From an uncultured Gammaproteobacteria bacterium (lineage in GTDB: Bacteria > Patescibacteriota > Microgenomatia > UBA10105 > UBA927): a stretch of DNA of 64,000 nucleotides. Shown here piece by piece: positions 10,434 to 20,546 of this stretch (position 1 is its first letter; every line of letters begins with the position of its first letter). The notes beneath the pieces were generated by a model. That model had not been told where the DNA came from, ran no database searches, and was given only the letters and a program-made list of their open reading frames with translations. A program made the translations under genes and the position numbers. The stretch is taken from positions 5,857 through 69,856 of the forward strand of contig CAYIBX010000001.1 in NCBI GenBank assembly GCA_964361785.1, in the 5' to 3' direction.

Positions 10434-11559
10434 TATGAAAGCAATACTTGTTTGGTATGTAGTAGTGGGATGTTTATTCTCACTTTTTTCATTTGGGTTC
10501 GTTGATCCGAATTTTAGTATTTCGACTCATCCATTGGCATTATCTATCCTCAATCCCTTGATTCATATCGTGTATAAAACACCGATTATAGCTGCGACTC
10601 TGTATACATTGTTTGTTATCATTTTTTTTATCTTGTATGCATTGATTATTAGGATAAAGACGCTCCTGACACTAAAAACATATTGGAAATTTTTGTTATT
10701 GCTAAGTATTATCTTTTTTCTATCCTATCCTTCATTATCTCATGACATATTCAACTATATCCTTAGCGCAAAAGTGGCATATTTTTATCGAGAAAATCCC
10801 TATCTTGTAATGCCGACAGAACTTCTTGGTGAGCCGATGCTCGGGTTTACGAGAGCCGCCAATAAGCTTGCGCTATACGGGCCAGTGTGGATACTTGCTA
10901 CGTGGATTCCGTATGTACTTTCTTTTGGTAATGTATTGGTCGCGTTGTATACCTTTAAACTATTGGTGATCACCTCATATGTGACGATATGTATTCTCAT
11001 ATATAAAATGACCAAGGATGTGCGTCGAGTCCTATTTTTTGCATGTAATCCACTTGTGATTATCGAAACATTTGTTTCCGGTCACAACGATACGTTCATG
11101 ATGGCGCTTGTTCTCTATGGAATATATCTTTGCAGGAGCAATCAATTATTCGCGCAAATTGCAGGATGGGGTTTTATGACTGCATCAGTATTAGTAAAGG
11201 GTGCAACTATTGTTTTATTGCCGCTTTTTGTATTTTTCCGAACTTTGTCAGACGAAAAACTATTTTTTTGGGCTAGCGTGTGTAGTTTCGGTGTCTTTTT
11301 ACTGACGCCACTTCGCGAAGAACTGTATCCGTGGTACGCCATATGGTTTCTTGTATTTGTATCACTGTTGCCTATGGGCAAAAGATCCTTTATTCATGGA
11401 GCCGCGTATATGTTAAGCTTTGGATTAATGCTGCGGTATTTGCCGTGGATAGCGACGCGAGAATATGGCGGCACAGGTCCGATGATACGGCTTTTTGTGA
11501 CATGGGTGCCGTTGGCTTGTTATAGTTTTTGGTATAAAATTTTTGTGAACAAACGATGA
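10426..11559 (+). CDS. GT-C membrane glycosyltransferase (MptA/B alpha-1,6-mannosyltransferase-like)
   Basis: LSHDIFNYI, ENPY..P, YGPVW, NPL.IIE...GHND, K, YPWY motifs. Confidence 0.75.
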   Translation: MSNMKAILVWYVVVGCLFSLFSFGFVDPNFSISTHPLALSILNPLIHIVYKTPIIAATLYTLFVIIFFILYALIIRIKTLLTLKTYWKFLLLLSIIFFLSYPSLSHDIFNYILSAKVAYFYRENPYLVMPTELLGEPMLGFTRAANKLALYGPVWILATWIPYVLSFGNVLVALYTFKLLVITSYVTICILIYKMTKDVRRVLFFACNPLVIIETFVSGHNDTFMMALVLYGIYLCRSNQLFAQIAGWGFMTASVLVKGATIVLLPLFVFFRTLSDEKLFFWASVCSFGVFLLTPLREELYPWYAIWFLVFVSLLPMGKRSFIHGAAYMLSFGLMLRYLPWIATREYGGTGPMIRLFVTWVPLACYSFWYKIFVNKR

Positions 11560-13202
11560 AATTTTTATTGCTCGCGCTTATTCCGGCAATATTTGCATCG
11601 CAATGGCTTTTTGGTGCTCGATTTATCCCGACGCATGACGGAGAGTATCATATTATTCGTTTCTGGCAGTTTTATAAGATGTTGTCTCAAGGGTATGTAT
11701 TTCCTCGATGGGCGCCTGATTTAAATAGTGGATACGGCTTACCGCTTTTTCTTTTTCATTATCCATTCCCTAACTATATAGGAAGTTTATTCCATGCATT
11801 GGGCGCGACGTTTGTCGACACCGTGAAGCTCACACTTGCGTTGGGGTATCTTATCGCTATTGTGTGGTGCTTTTTGTGGCTTAGAAAAGTATTTGGAAAT
11901 ATACCAGCGCTTATCGGTACGATTATATGTTCCATGGTGCCGTATTGGTTTTTGGATATTTATGTACGGGGATCAGTGGGAGAGGTGTGGGCGCTTTCTT
12001 TTGTACTATTAACCCTTGCAGCGTTAGAATATGGTGTTTCCTTTGGTGTAGCAATAGGGATAGCCGGTATTATAGTAAGTCACAATATTACAGCACTCAT
12101 ATTTATTCCAATTATTTTTTTGTATGCGTGGTATCGCAAACGAGGCAACATCTTAGCAATCGCTACAGGAATTGGATTAGCAACGTATTTTTGGCTGCCG
12201 GCACTTGTTGAGAGTCGTTTCATGGTGGGTTTAAATAGTGTTTCGTATGCTGATCATTTTCCGGATCTTTTTCAGCTGCTCTTCCCATCGTGGGGAACGG
12301 GATTTTCGGGTGTAGGGATTACAGCTGATGAGATGTCGTATCAAATTGGCATCGTGCCGCTTCTTGTATTATGTATCAGTTTTTTTATGGCTATGAGAAA
12401 GAAAGTATTACGAGCAATAATTTTTCCCGTTCTTTGTGTGACAGCAATTGCAATTTTTGGTATGACAGAGTACTCGTTGCCATTATGGCGATACGTGCCG
12501 CTTATGGGCAATATTCAGTATCCATGGAGATTATTGATGGTTACCACCATTGCCACTGGGTATCTTGGAGCGCTTCTTACTGCAGTGACACCACGATGGA
12601 TTATGGTAGGGTTCACTGTTCTGGCTTTTATAGCAAGTTTTTCCTACATGAAACCAGTGACGTATGAAAAACGGGATGATGCACATTACCTTTCTCGGCG
12701 AGAGTTTACCGATGGCACATCATCTCTCGGTAATTCTTTTTCTACAATCTGGACAGAATGGAAAAAAGAGCGGTTTTCTACAAGGTTTCAAGCGAGTACT
12801 GGGGATGCCATTATAAATTTGTACAAAGAGACCCCACTTTCATATGAGATGACTATCAATGCGAAAACAGAGATCACTGTTTCAGCGCAGATACTCTATT
12901 TTCCGGGGTGGAAAGCGTACGTTGACGGTAAAGAAACAACCATCTCCTACCAAACTGACGGTATTATCCATGTGAACATGCCAGTTGGTGAGCATGAGCT
13001 TCGCATTAAATTTACAGAGACGCCCTTGCAACTATTTGCCGACGGCATATCACTACTCAGTTTGTTCTCTTTGTTAGCTTTCGGTATACTTAAAGGTACT
13101 CATGCGTATCGCAATAAGTTCAGCACCCCTTTCAAGCGGCCACAAAACACGGGGAGTGGGCGTATATACCCGAGAACTCATCAACGCACTCAAAAAAAAT
13201 AA
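11556..13202 (+). CDS. YfhO/PTPS-related GT-C-like membrane protein, paralogue 2
   Basis: THDGEYHIIR, PRWAPDLNSGYG.P, YVRGSVGE, FWLPAL, QYPWRLL, LYFPGWKAYVDG; 3' end overlaps next gene by 101 nt. Confidence 0.75.
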   Translation: MKFLLLALIPAIFASQWLFGARFIPTHDGEYHIIRFWQFYKMLSQGYVFPRWAPDLNSGYGLPLFLFHYPFPNYIGSLFHALGATFVDTVKLTLALGYLIAIVWCFLWLRKVFGNIPALIGTIICSMVPYWFLDIYVRGSVGEVWALSFVLLTLAALEYGVSFGVAIGIAGIIVSHNITALIFIPIIFLYAWYRKRGNILAIATGIGLATYFWLPALVESRFMVGLNSVSYADHFPDLFQLLFPSWGTGFSGVGITADEMSYQIGIVPLLVLCISFFMAMRKKVLRAIIFPVLCVTAIAIFGMTEYSLPLWRYVPLMGNIQYPWRLLMVTTIATGYLGALLTAVTPRWIMVGFTVLAFIASFSYMKPVTYEKRDDAHYLSRREFTDGTSSLGNSFSTIWTEWKKERFSTRFQASTGDAIINLYKETPLSYEMTINAKTEITVSAQILYFPGWKAYVDGKETTISYQTDGIIHVNMPVGEHELRIKFTETPLQLFADGISLLSLFSLLAFGILKGTHAYRNKFSTPFKRPQNTGSGRIYPRTHQRTQKK

Positions 13203-14163
13203 TACCGTTTCCATCCACGAATTTTCTAGCTTTCGTGATATTCCAAAAGAAGTAGACCTTGTTCACTTCACAAATTTTGATCCATTTTTTTTGACACTTC
13301 CATTTATTTTCAACAAACCATTTGTAGTGACGGTGCATGACCTTACGCCGCTCGTGTTTCCGGAGCATTTTCCCAGAGGAATTCGCGGTGAGTTGAAGTG
13401 GCAAATACAAAAATGGAATATATCCCCCGCCGCAAGGATTATTACCGATAGTATTATTTCAAAAAATGATGTCGTAAACATATTGCGTAGACCTGCAGAT
13501 ACAATTGATGTAGTGCCGTTAGCATCAAGCAGTGCGTTTATAAAACCTATTAGCACCGATGCCGTGAAACGCGTGGCAAAAAAGTATGCACCCCCCAAAC
13601 GATTTGCAATGTACGTAGGGGACGTCAATTGGAACAAAAATATTCTTGGACTTCTCAACGCGTGGCAAATTCTGGTTGCGAAAGGTGCGATGCGATTCGG
13701 CGAGAAGCTGTTTCTAGTGGGACAAGCTTTTTTGGGTGATTCAACGGAAGCGAAAACTATTGATACCTATGTTAAAAAATTTCATCTTGAATCATCTATA
13801 GAGAGAGTAGGTCAAGTATCGGATGATGATTTGCCTGCGTTTCTTTCTCAAGCGAGTGTGTGTGTACTTCCATCGTATTATGAAGGATTTGGATTGCCGG
13901 TTCTTGAGGCGATGTCTGCAGGTACGGTGGTGATCGCGACACATGGCGGGAGCTTGAAAGAAATTGCTGGCCCATCACTCATTTGTGATCCGGATGACAA
14001 CGAAAGCATTGCTCGAAAGATAGAAGAAGCATTTTCACTGTCCCAATCAAAACGGGAAGAATTGATACGTGAGGGTCATGCGTGGGCGAAGAAATTTAGT
14101 TGGGATCGTGCAGCTTGCGAAACAATAGCCGTGTATAATACCGTAATTAACCCTTCGATATAA
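13102..14163 (+). CDS. GT4 glycosyltransferase (MtfB/WbaZ-like)
   Basis: RGVGVY, VTVHDL, YVGDVNWNKN, PSYYEGFGLPVLEAMSAG, FSW; TATACT at 13085-13090 upstream. Confidence 0.9.
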   Translation: MRIAISSAPLSSGHKTRGVGVYTRELINALKKNNTVSIHEFSSFRDIPKEVDLVHFTNFDPFFLTLPFIFNKPFVVTVHDLTPLVFPEHFPRGIRGELKWQIQKWNISPAARIITDSIISKNDVVNILRRPADTIDVVPLASSSAFIKPISTDAVKRVAKKYAPPKRFAMYVGDVNWNKNILGLLNAWQILVAKGAMRFGEKLFLVGQAFLGDSTEAKTIDTYVKKFHLESSIERVGQVSDDDLPAFLSQASVCVLPSYYEGFGLPVLEAMSAGTVVIATHGGSLKEIAGPSLICDPDDNESIARKIEEAFSLSQSKREELIREGHAWAKKFSWDRAACETIAVYNTVINPSI

Positions 14164-14196
14164 CGTAGGGTTTGACATATAAACCTTAGATTATAC

Positions 14197-14225
14197 TTGA
14201 CAGGTAGGCAATACGAGTATATACT
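14197..14225 (+). promoter_or_regulatory. Near-consensus sigma70 promoter of the AAA+ ATPase (leaderless)
   Basis: TTGACA 14197-14202, 17-nt spacer, TATACT 14220-14225, 6 nt, ATG 14232; a second TTGACA at 14172. Confidence 0.75.
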
Positions 14226-14231
14226 GCAACT

Positions 14232-15593
14232 ATGGATAGAGAAGTGTGTCAAACGTTAATTTCGACATGGAACCCTCACTTTACTGATCCTTTGAAAGGT
14301 AAATGGATACATACTGTGCCTCGAGAGAAGTATCTTGAGCGCCTCAAAAAACTTCTGGATATTCGTCATGTGTTGATACTTACTGGTGTTCGTCGTGCAG
14401 GGAAATCAACACTGATGCATCAGCTTATGGAGCATCTTATCGTTGAGAAAGGCATACCGGCCAAAAACGTGGTGTATTTGTTTTTGGAGGATATATTGGT
14501 GCAGCAGTATTTGACACAAGGCTGGAAACTCTTGGAAGATATTTTTATCTATTATATGGAGACTTACAACCCGCAAGGGAAAGTTTATATATTTTTGGAT
14601 GAAATTCAAGGAATTAAAGACTTCAATCGTTGGATAAGCAGTAAGTATGAGCGGAAAGATCCTGTTAAGTTTATACTTTCCGGATCACGCCGATCGTTGG
14701 TTGAGTCAGAGTCGGCGACAGTTTTGACCGGCAGAAACGTTCAAGTAGACGTCTACCCCTTTAACTTTTATGAATATTTGCGCATAAAAGGAATTACTAT
14801 AGAAGGGCAAGCGAATATATCATCGATTCTCAAGGCTAATTTCTCCCAACAAACGAAAATTTTACATCACTTGGGGAATTATATGAAAGAAGGCGGGTAT
14901 CCTGAGATAGTGCTTACCGAAGATGAAGATGTCAAACGGACATTGGCATCAAATTATTTTAGAGATACGGTTTCAAGAGACGTTGTGGTGCCCAATGGTG
15001 TTCGAAATCAGCAGGAAGTAGAAGTATTAGGACTTCAGATTATGTCTGATTTTACAAAAACGCATACATACAGTAGTTTATCTCGATCGCAGAAACTCTC
15101 TTTAGAGACTACCAAGTCCTACATCGAGTATTTTCAGCGGGCATATTTACTCTTTGAGAGTAAGCATTATTCGTATAAAACGAAGGAGACGCAGGATGTG
15201 CAAAGAGCCCGAAAGATGTACGTAGTCGATAATGGACTGCGAAATTTTAACGTGCCGCTTTTACGGCCTGATATCGGGCAATGTGCGGAAAATGTAGTAT
15301 ACATGGAGTTAAAAAAACAATCGCAGGCGATTTACTATTGGAAAGGCAAAAAAGAGATAGATTTTGTGACTATGGATCCTGCGTTGGCTTTTTATAATGT
15401 TTCATATACTGATCAGCCGCATGAGAGAGAAACACAGGGCATGGTAGAAGGATTGCAGGAGTTTAATAAGGAAAAAGGATATGTGTTGACGAAAAATTAT
15501 TCGGCTATACAAAAGATAGATGGAAAAACTTTGGAATTTATTCCGCTCTGGGCGTGGTTAGTCTTCCATGGTAAGGCATTTTTCAACGCATGA
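14232..15593 (+). CDS. AAA+ ATPase (AAA_14 plus DUF4143)
   Basis: Walker A GVRRAGKS, Walker B IFLDEIQ, LSGS, LTGR, GGYPE, KMYVVDNGL, ENVV, EIDFV. Confidence 0.9.
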   Translation: MDREVCQTLISTWNPHFTDPLKGKWIHTVPREKYLERLKKLLDIRHVLILTGVRRAGKSTLMHQLMEHLIVEKGIPAKNVVYLFLEDILVQQYLTQGWKLLEDIFIYYMETYNPQGKVYIFLDEIQGIKDFNRWISSKYERKDPVKFILSGSRRSLVESESATVLTGRNVQVDVYPFNFYEYLRIKGITIEGQANISSILKANFSQQTKILHHLGNYMKEGGYPEIVLTEDEDVKRTLASNYFRDTVSRDVVVPNGVRNQQEVEVLGLQIMSDFTKTHTYSSLSRSQKLSLETTKSYIEYFQRAYLLFESKHYSYKTKETQDVQRARKMYVVDNGLRNFNVPLLRPDIGQCAENVVYMELKKQSQAIYYWKGKKEIDFVTMDPALAFYNVSYTDQPHERETQGMVEGLQEFNKEKGYVLTKNYSAIQKIDGKTLEFIPLWAWLVFHGKAFFNA

Positions 15594-16342
15594 AAAAATT
15601 TTCTGTAATCATACCTGTATACAACGAAAAGACGACAGTAGAAGAAGTGCTTACTCGCGTGTCCCAAACGAAGGTTGTAGGGTGGGAGAAAGAAATCATT
15701 ATTATCGATGACGGATCGACCGATGGCACGCAAGAGATACTGAAAACATGGGTGAAGAAGGTAGAGGTCATTTTCAAGAAGAAAAATGAAGGCAAAGGAT
15801 CGGCGGTAACAATAGGGATTACGATGGCCACTGGTGATATTATTCTTATCCAAGATGCTGATTTAGAATACAGTCCATCCGATTATCCGATACTGTTGGC
15901 TCCATTTGAAAACGGTCGGGTTCATGTCGTATATGGATCACGATTTTTGGGTGGACACTTATCTACTATGTTTGTCTATGCGTTGGGAAATAAATTTGTC
16001 ACACTCGTTACCAATATTCTTTACAACACAAATATTACGGACATGGAGACAGGATACAAAGTATTTGATGCATCAGTATTGAAAAATATACGTATTAAAG
16101 CAAAGCGGTTTGATTTTGAACCGGAAATTACTGCAAAGGTGTTGCGGAGCGGGTTTCAAATATATGAAGTGCCTATTTCGTATTTTGGTCGCAAATTCTC
16201 CGAAGGCAAGAAGCTCACGTGGCGTGATGGAGTGACGGCACTTTTTACACTGTTGCGATTACGATTTTGGTCGCCGACCCGCTTCGCCCGCCTAGACTCG
16301 GCGAGACTAGTCGAAGCTTCAGCGAGGCGAGCCCGAACATGA
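15590..16342 (+). CDS. GT2 polyprenol-phosphate glycosyltransferase (DPM1-like) with a palindrome-derived C-terminal tail
   Basis: SVIIPVYNE, DDGSTDGT, GKG.A, IQDADLEYSP, VYGSRF, TDMETGYK, EGKKLTWRDG. Confidence 0.9.
   Translation: MKKFSVIIPVYNEKTTVEEVLTRVSQTKVVGWEKEIIIIDDGSTDGTQEILKTWVKKVEVIFKKKNEGKGSAVTIGITMATGDIILIQDADLEYSPSDYPILLAPFENGRVHVVYGSRFLGGHLSTMFVYALGNKFVTLVTNILYNTNITDMETGYKVFDASVLKNIRIKAKRFDFEPEITAKVLRSGFQIYEVPISYFGRKFSEGKKLTWRDGVTALFTLLRLRFWSPTRFARLDSARLVEASARRART
16278..16331. repeat. GC-rich palindromic micro-element, 54 nt (33-nt unit with nested 21-nt insert), in-frame in the GT2 3' end
   Basis: CCCGCTTCGCC [CGCCTAGACTCGGCGAGACTA] GTCGAAGCTTC AGCGAGGCGAG; both 11-nt ends identical to the element at 48946. 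Confidence 0.75.
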
Positions 16343-17589
16343 AAAAATTAATTCTAAAACTTCGTACGCTTGTCGCGCATCCATTGGCGAAAGGAAGCCT
16401 CATTATTTTAATTGGTTCTATGGTGGCCAATGTAGGCGCGTATGCATATCATGTACTCGTAGGGAGATTATTAGGACCAGTTATATATGGAGAATTTTCG
16501 GCGTTATTATCATTATTTTACATCATAAATATCGGTTCTGGCGTCGTACAGACTGTCCTTGCGAAGTTTTTTTCACAGCTTCGCGCGAGAAAATTACTGC
16601 AAGAAGTTCCTACACTTTTTTGGGTGGCGTTTCGATATATTTGCGCTGGTTCATTGATCGGCTTGCTTGTTGTGATAGTTTCATCTAACGCATTGGGTGA
16701 ATTTTTACATATATCTTCAAGTTACTTTATATGGCTCTATTTCTTATTTGTGAGTTTCATTTTTTCTGTCATAAACATAAGCATCATGCAATCATTTCAA
16801 CTATTTTTGGCATCCAGTGTGGTGACCAATATCGGAATGCTGTTGCGATTAATATTTGGGGTGTTAGGAGCGCCATTTGGGCTCATAGGAGTACTTATAG
16901 GAAATATCATATCCAACGTGATTTCATACGTTATAAATTTTGTGCCGATTTGGGGTCTTATAAGGGTAAAGTCAAAATCGTTATCGATCACAAAAGCTGA
17001 CGCGGCGGTCTATAGTCTTCCTACGTTACTGGCTACACTTGGTACCATCGCACTCTATAGTCAAGATGTTTTGCTTGTGAAGCATTTTTTCTCTCCATAT
17101 GAAGCAGGGATTTACGCATCTCTTGCAGTGCTTGGAAAGGTAATATTTTATACTTCAGCGGCGTTAGGGTTTGTGATGTTCCCGATGATAGTTGAGAAAA
17201 AAGAATTAAAGCTTTCACACCATCGTATGGTTTTTGGCGCGCTCGGTGGAGTGGCTCTACTATCAGGCATGTTAACGTTAGGTTATTTTCTTGCACCAAC
17301 CTTTATCGTTCGGATTATGTATGGAACAGCATTTGATGGCGCTATTCCTTTTATGGGCTTATTTGGTATATTTATCACATTTTTTACGCTGGTTAATTTA
17401 CTTACCACTATTTTTCTTGCTATCGGCAGAACGCGCGTATGGGTGATTACTATGGGAGCGGCAATAACACAAGCAATAGGATTGTGGTTTTTTCATGCGT
17501 CACTCTATCAGGTGATTTATATAAATATCGCAGTCGCGTTTTTTACTTGTATGATCCTTTTGATATACTACCGCTATGGGAAAGATTAA
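16339..17589 (+). CDS. Wzx/MOP-family oligosaccharide flippase
   Basis: About 12 TM; GRLLGP..YG.F, DVLLVKHFF...AG.YA..LGK motif; start ATG 16339. Confidence 0.85.
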   Translation: MKKLILKLRTLVAHPLAKGSLIILIGSMVANVGAYAYHVLVGRLLGPVIYGEFSALLSLFYIINIGSGVVQTVLAKFFSQLRARKLLQEVPTLFWVAFRYICAGSLIGLLVVIVSSNALGEFLHISSSYFIWLYFLFVSFIFSVINISIMQSFQLFLASSVVTNIGMLLRLIFGVLGAPFGLIGVLIGNIISNVISYVINFVPIWGLIRVKSKSLSITKADAAVYSLPTLLATLGTIALYSQDVLLVKHFFSPYEAGIYASLAVLGKVIFYTSAALGFVMFPMIVEKKELKLSHHRMVFGALGGVALLSGMLTLGYFLAPTFIVRIMYGTAFDGAIPFMGLFGIFITFFTLVNLLTTIFLAIGRTRVWVITMGAAITQAIGLWFFHASLYQVIYINIAVAFFTCMILLIYYRYGKD

Positions 17590-18379
17590 GCCAAAATTAT
17601 TATCATTGATTATTCCTGTATATAAACAGGAAAGAACAATCCAAAAACAGCTCCAGTCTATACTAGGCGAATTTACATTATTGTCCATTCCGTATGAAAT
17701 AATAGTCGTTATCGACGGCAAGGTCGACAATAGTGAAAAAGAAGCACGAAAGGTTCATTCCAATAAGCTTATCGTCACAGGATATAACACAAATCATGGC
17801 AAAGGGTATGCCGTGCGTTTTGGTATGGCGAAAAGTCATGGGGATATCATAGGGTTTATCGATTCTGGAGGAGATGTAAGCGAATTAGGGCTTTCTATGA
17901 TGCTCGAGCATTTTTATTGGTATAATGCGGATATTATAGTCGGGAGCAAGCGGCACCCAGTATCTAAAGTAAAATATCCATTTGAGAGAAAGATATTATC
18001 CTTTGGCTATCAGCAACTTACACGCGTATTGTTTGGCTTAAATTTAAAGGATACGCAGGTCGGGATAAAGCTTTATAGAAGGAACGTGTTGGAGGATGTA
18101 TTACCAAGGTTACTGGTAAAGCAATTTGCGTTTGATATAGAAATCTTGGCAGTCGCTAACCACTTAGGGTATACGCGAATCTTTGAAGCGCCAATTGAGT
18201 TAGATTTTACGGGAGTATCGAGTATTACATCGTATTCTGTTTGGAAAGTAGTGTATCGCATGCTTTGGGATACGTTTGCTGTTTTTTATCGATTAAAAAT
18301 TCTTCATTATTACGACAACATTAATAAAAAGAAGTGGATGTTTGATCCTGAATTAAACTTCAAAATCGCATTGCCATAG
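17576..18379 (+). CDS. GT2 polyprenol-phosphate glycosyltransferase (Alg5/DPG synthase-like)
   Basis: LSLIIPVY, NHGKGYAVR.G, FIDSGGD, GSKRHP, DTQVGIK, FAFDIE. Confidence 0.85.
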   Translation: MGKIKPKLLSLIIPVYKQERTIQKQLQSILGEFTLLSIPYEIIVVIDGKVDNSEKEARKVHSNKLIVTGYNTNHGKGYAVRFGMAKSHGDIIGFIDSGGDVSELGLSMMLEHFYWYNADIIVGSKRHPVSKVKYPFERKILSFGYQQLTRVLFGLNLKDTQVGIKLYRRNVLEDVLPRLLVKQFAFDIEILAVANHLGYTRIFEAPIELDFTGVSSITSYSVWKVVYRMLWDTFAVFYRLKILHYYDNINKKKWMFDPELNFKIALP

Positions 18380-18393
18380 TTTTTAAATAATGT

Positions 18394-19416
18394 ATGAACG
18401 TATGTATTACAGGAGGCGCTGGATTTATCGGGAGTAACGCGGCTGCGTATTATCTAAAAAAAGGCGCGTCAGTTACGATTTATGATAATCTTTCAAGAAA
18501 GGGTGCAGAAAAAAATCTTTTATGGTTAAAGACTCTTGGGGGAAAACTTGATGTCATAGTCGGGGATATTCGATCAGTTGAGGATTTAGATAAGGCAAAA
18601 GTAGCATTTGCATCTGCTGATCTTATGTTACATTTAGCCGCTCAAGTGGCAGTAACAACATCTGTCACCAATCCTCGTGAAGATTTTGATATCAATGCTT
18701 TGGGCACTTTCAATATTCTTGAAACGATGCGGTTATCGGGAAGTAAAGCTAAATTTATCTATTCATCGACCAATAAAGTATATGGTGGTATGGAAGACGT
18801 CACTGTTATTGAAGAAGCGACACATTATGCATATAAAGATCTTCTATTGGGGGTAAGTGAAGAAAGAGGATTAGATTTTCATTCTCCGTATGGATGCTCG
18901 AAGGGATCGGCTGATCAATATGTGCACGATTATGGCAGGATATATGGGCTTGATACGGTGGTGATGAGGCAATCATGTATTTATGGCCCGAGACAATTTG
19001 GCGTTGAGGATCAAGGGTGGGTTGCATGGTTTATCATCGCACTTAGTACAGGTGTACCGCTTTCCATTTACGGAGATGGTAAACAGGTTCGTGATCTTCT
19101 GTGTGTAGATGATTTGATAGCAGCGTATGATATGGCATTTATAGCAGGTGAGAAGACGCGCGGTGGTATTTATAATATAGGTGGGGGTTCTAAAAACGTT
19201 ATGTCTGTATGGCTCGAATTTGGTCCAATGCTCGAGAAGCTGTTTGGACGAAAAATATCACCTACATTTTATGATTGGCGGCCAGGAGATCAAAAAGTGT
19301 TTGTCTCAAATATAACAAAAGCTAAAGATGAATTTGGATGGACACCTACGATATCTGTCTCTGACGGTGTCGAAAAACTTCATAGGTGGATTACTACAAA
19401 TACTGACCTATTTTGA
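18394..19416 (+). CDS. rfbE: CDP-paratose/tyvelose 2-epimerase-like extended SDR
   Basis: ITGGAGFIGS, HLAAQVAVTTSVTNPREDF, STNKVYG, LDFHSPYGCSKG.ADQYVHDY, DQGWVAWF, WRPGDQ. Confidence 0.8.
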   Translation: MNVCITGGAGFIGSNAAAYYLKKGASVTIYDNLSRKGAEKNLLWLKTLGGKLDVIVGDIRSVEDLDKAKVAFASADLMLHLAAQVAVTTSVTNPREDFDINALGTFNILETMRLSGSKAKFIYSSTNKVYGGMEDVTVIEEATHYAYKDLLLGVSEERGLDFHSPYGCSKGSADQYVHDYGRIYGLDTVVMRQSCIYGPRQFGVEDQGWVAWFIIALSTGVPLSIYGDGKQVRDLLCVDDLIAAYDMAFIAGEKTRGGIYNIGGGSKNVMSVWLEFGPMLEKLFGRKISPTFYDWRPGDQKVFVSNITKAKDEFGWTPTISVSDGVEKLHRWITTNTDLF

Positions 19417-19424
19417 CTTAAATT

Positions 19425-20546
19425 ATGGATATTCTTTTTCTTAATTGGAAGGATCTTAGGAACCCCGATGTGGGAGGCGCTGAGATCATCGTGTATGAGT
19501 TAGCTAAACGATTGGTGGCAGATGGACACCGTGTGACATGGTTTTGTCGCTCTTTTGTTGGTGCAAGAGAACATGATATATATGACGGGATCGAGATTAT
19601 TCGTCGAGGCAATAAGATTACTGTTTACTGGGAAGCCTATAGATATTATCAATCTTTAATGAATAAGCCAGATATGATAATAGACTGCATCAATACAATT
19701 TGTTGGCAGACACCGTTGTATATTCCAAAATCTAATCGAGTCATGTTGGTGAACCAGTTGGCCAAAGAGGTGTTTTTTTATGAACTTCCTTTTCCGCTAT
19801 CATACATAGCATATGTATTAGAACGGATTGAGTATCTTACATACAGGGACACAAAAGTTTTTTGTTATGCCCCAAGTACAAAAAAAGATTTAGAGACGTT
19901 TGGCATACCGGAAAAAAATACTTCCGTATTCCCACTCGGAGTAGATCATAATCGATATAAATCAGGGAAGAAATCAAAAGATCCGTTTTTTCTTTTTGTC
20001 GCACGGTTGACGTCCATGAAACGGCCGGACTTGTGTGTGGAAGCTATGCGAGTTGTTGTAAAAAAGTATTCCAAGGCAAAGCTTGCAATAGTGGGGTATG
20101 GACCAATGGAGAATAAATTAGAAGGTATGATACAAAAATATGGTTTAGAAAAAAACGTTTACTTAGTAAACAAAAATACACTCTATTTTGATAAAGACCC
20201 GAAGGATGTAAAGGTGAGGCTCATGCAGCAAGCATGGGCACTTCTTTTACCCTCAGTTAAAGAAGGGTGGGGCATGGTGGTGACGGAAGCGGCTGCGTGC
20301 AGTACACCATCAATTGTCACGTCAGTTACGGGACTTATAGACGCAGTCGAACATAATAAAACTGGAATTGTTGTGGATTACGATATATCAGCTGACGGAT
20401 TTGCTAATCAAATACTATCTCTGATTAGTGATAGAGCACTATCAACTACGTTAGGAAAAAACGCTATGCGACGTAGTAAATCGTTTAATTGGGATAAATC
20501 GTATCAAATTTTTTCTTCGCTACTTTTTGGGTATGAAACACACTAA
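19425..20546 (+). CDS. GT4 glycosyltransferase
   Basis: LNWKD..NP..GGAE, RL..MKR, PSVKEGWGMVVTEA, G...AV...TG. Confidence 0.9.
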   Translation: MDILFLNWKDLRNPDVGGAEIIVYELAKRLVADGHRVTWFCRSFVGAREHDIYDGIEIIRRGNKITVYWEAYRYYQSLMNKPDMIIDCINTICWQTPLYIPKSNRVMLVNQLAKEVFFYELPFPLSYIAYVLERIEYLTYRDTKVFCYAPSTKKDLETFGIPEKNTSVFPLGVDHNRYKSGKKSKDPFFLFVARLTSMKRPDLCVEAMRVVVKKYSKAKLAIVGYGPMENKLEGMIQKYGLEKNVYLVNKNTLYFDKDPKDVKVRLMQQAWALLLPSVKEGWGMVVTEAAACSTPSIVTSVTGLIDAVEHNKTGIVVDYDISADGFANQILSLISDRALSTTLGKNAMRRSKSFNWDKSYQIFSSLLFGYETH

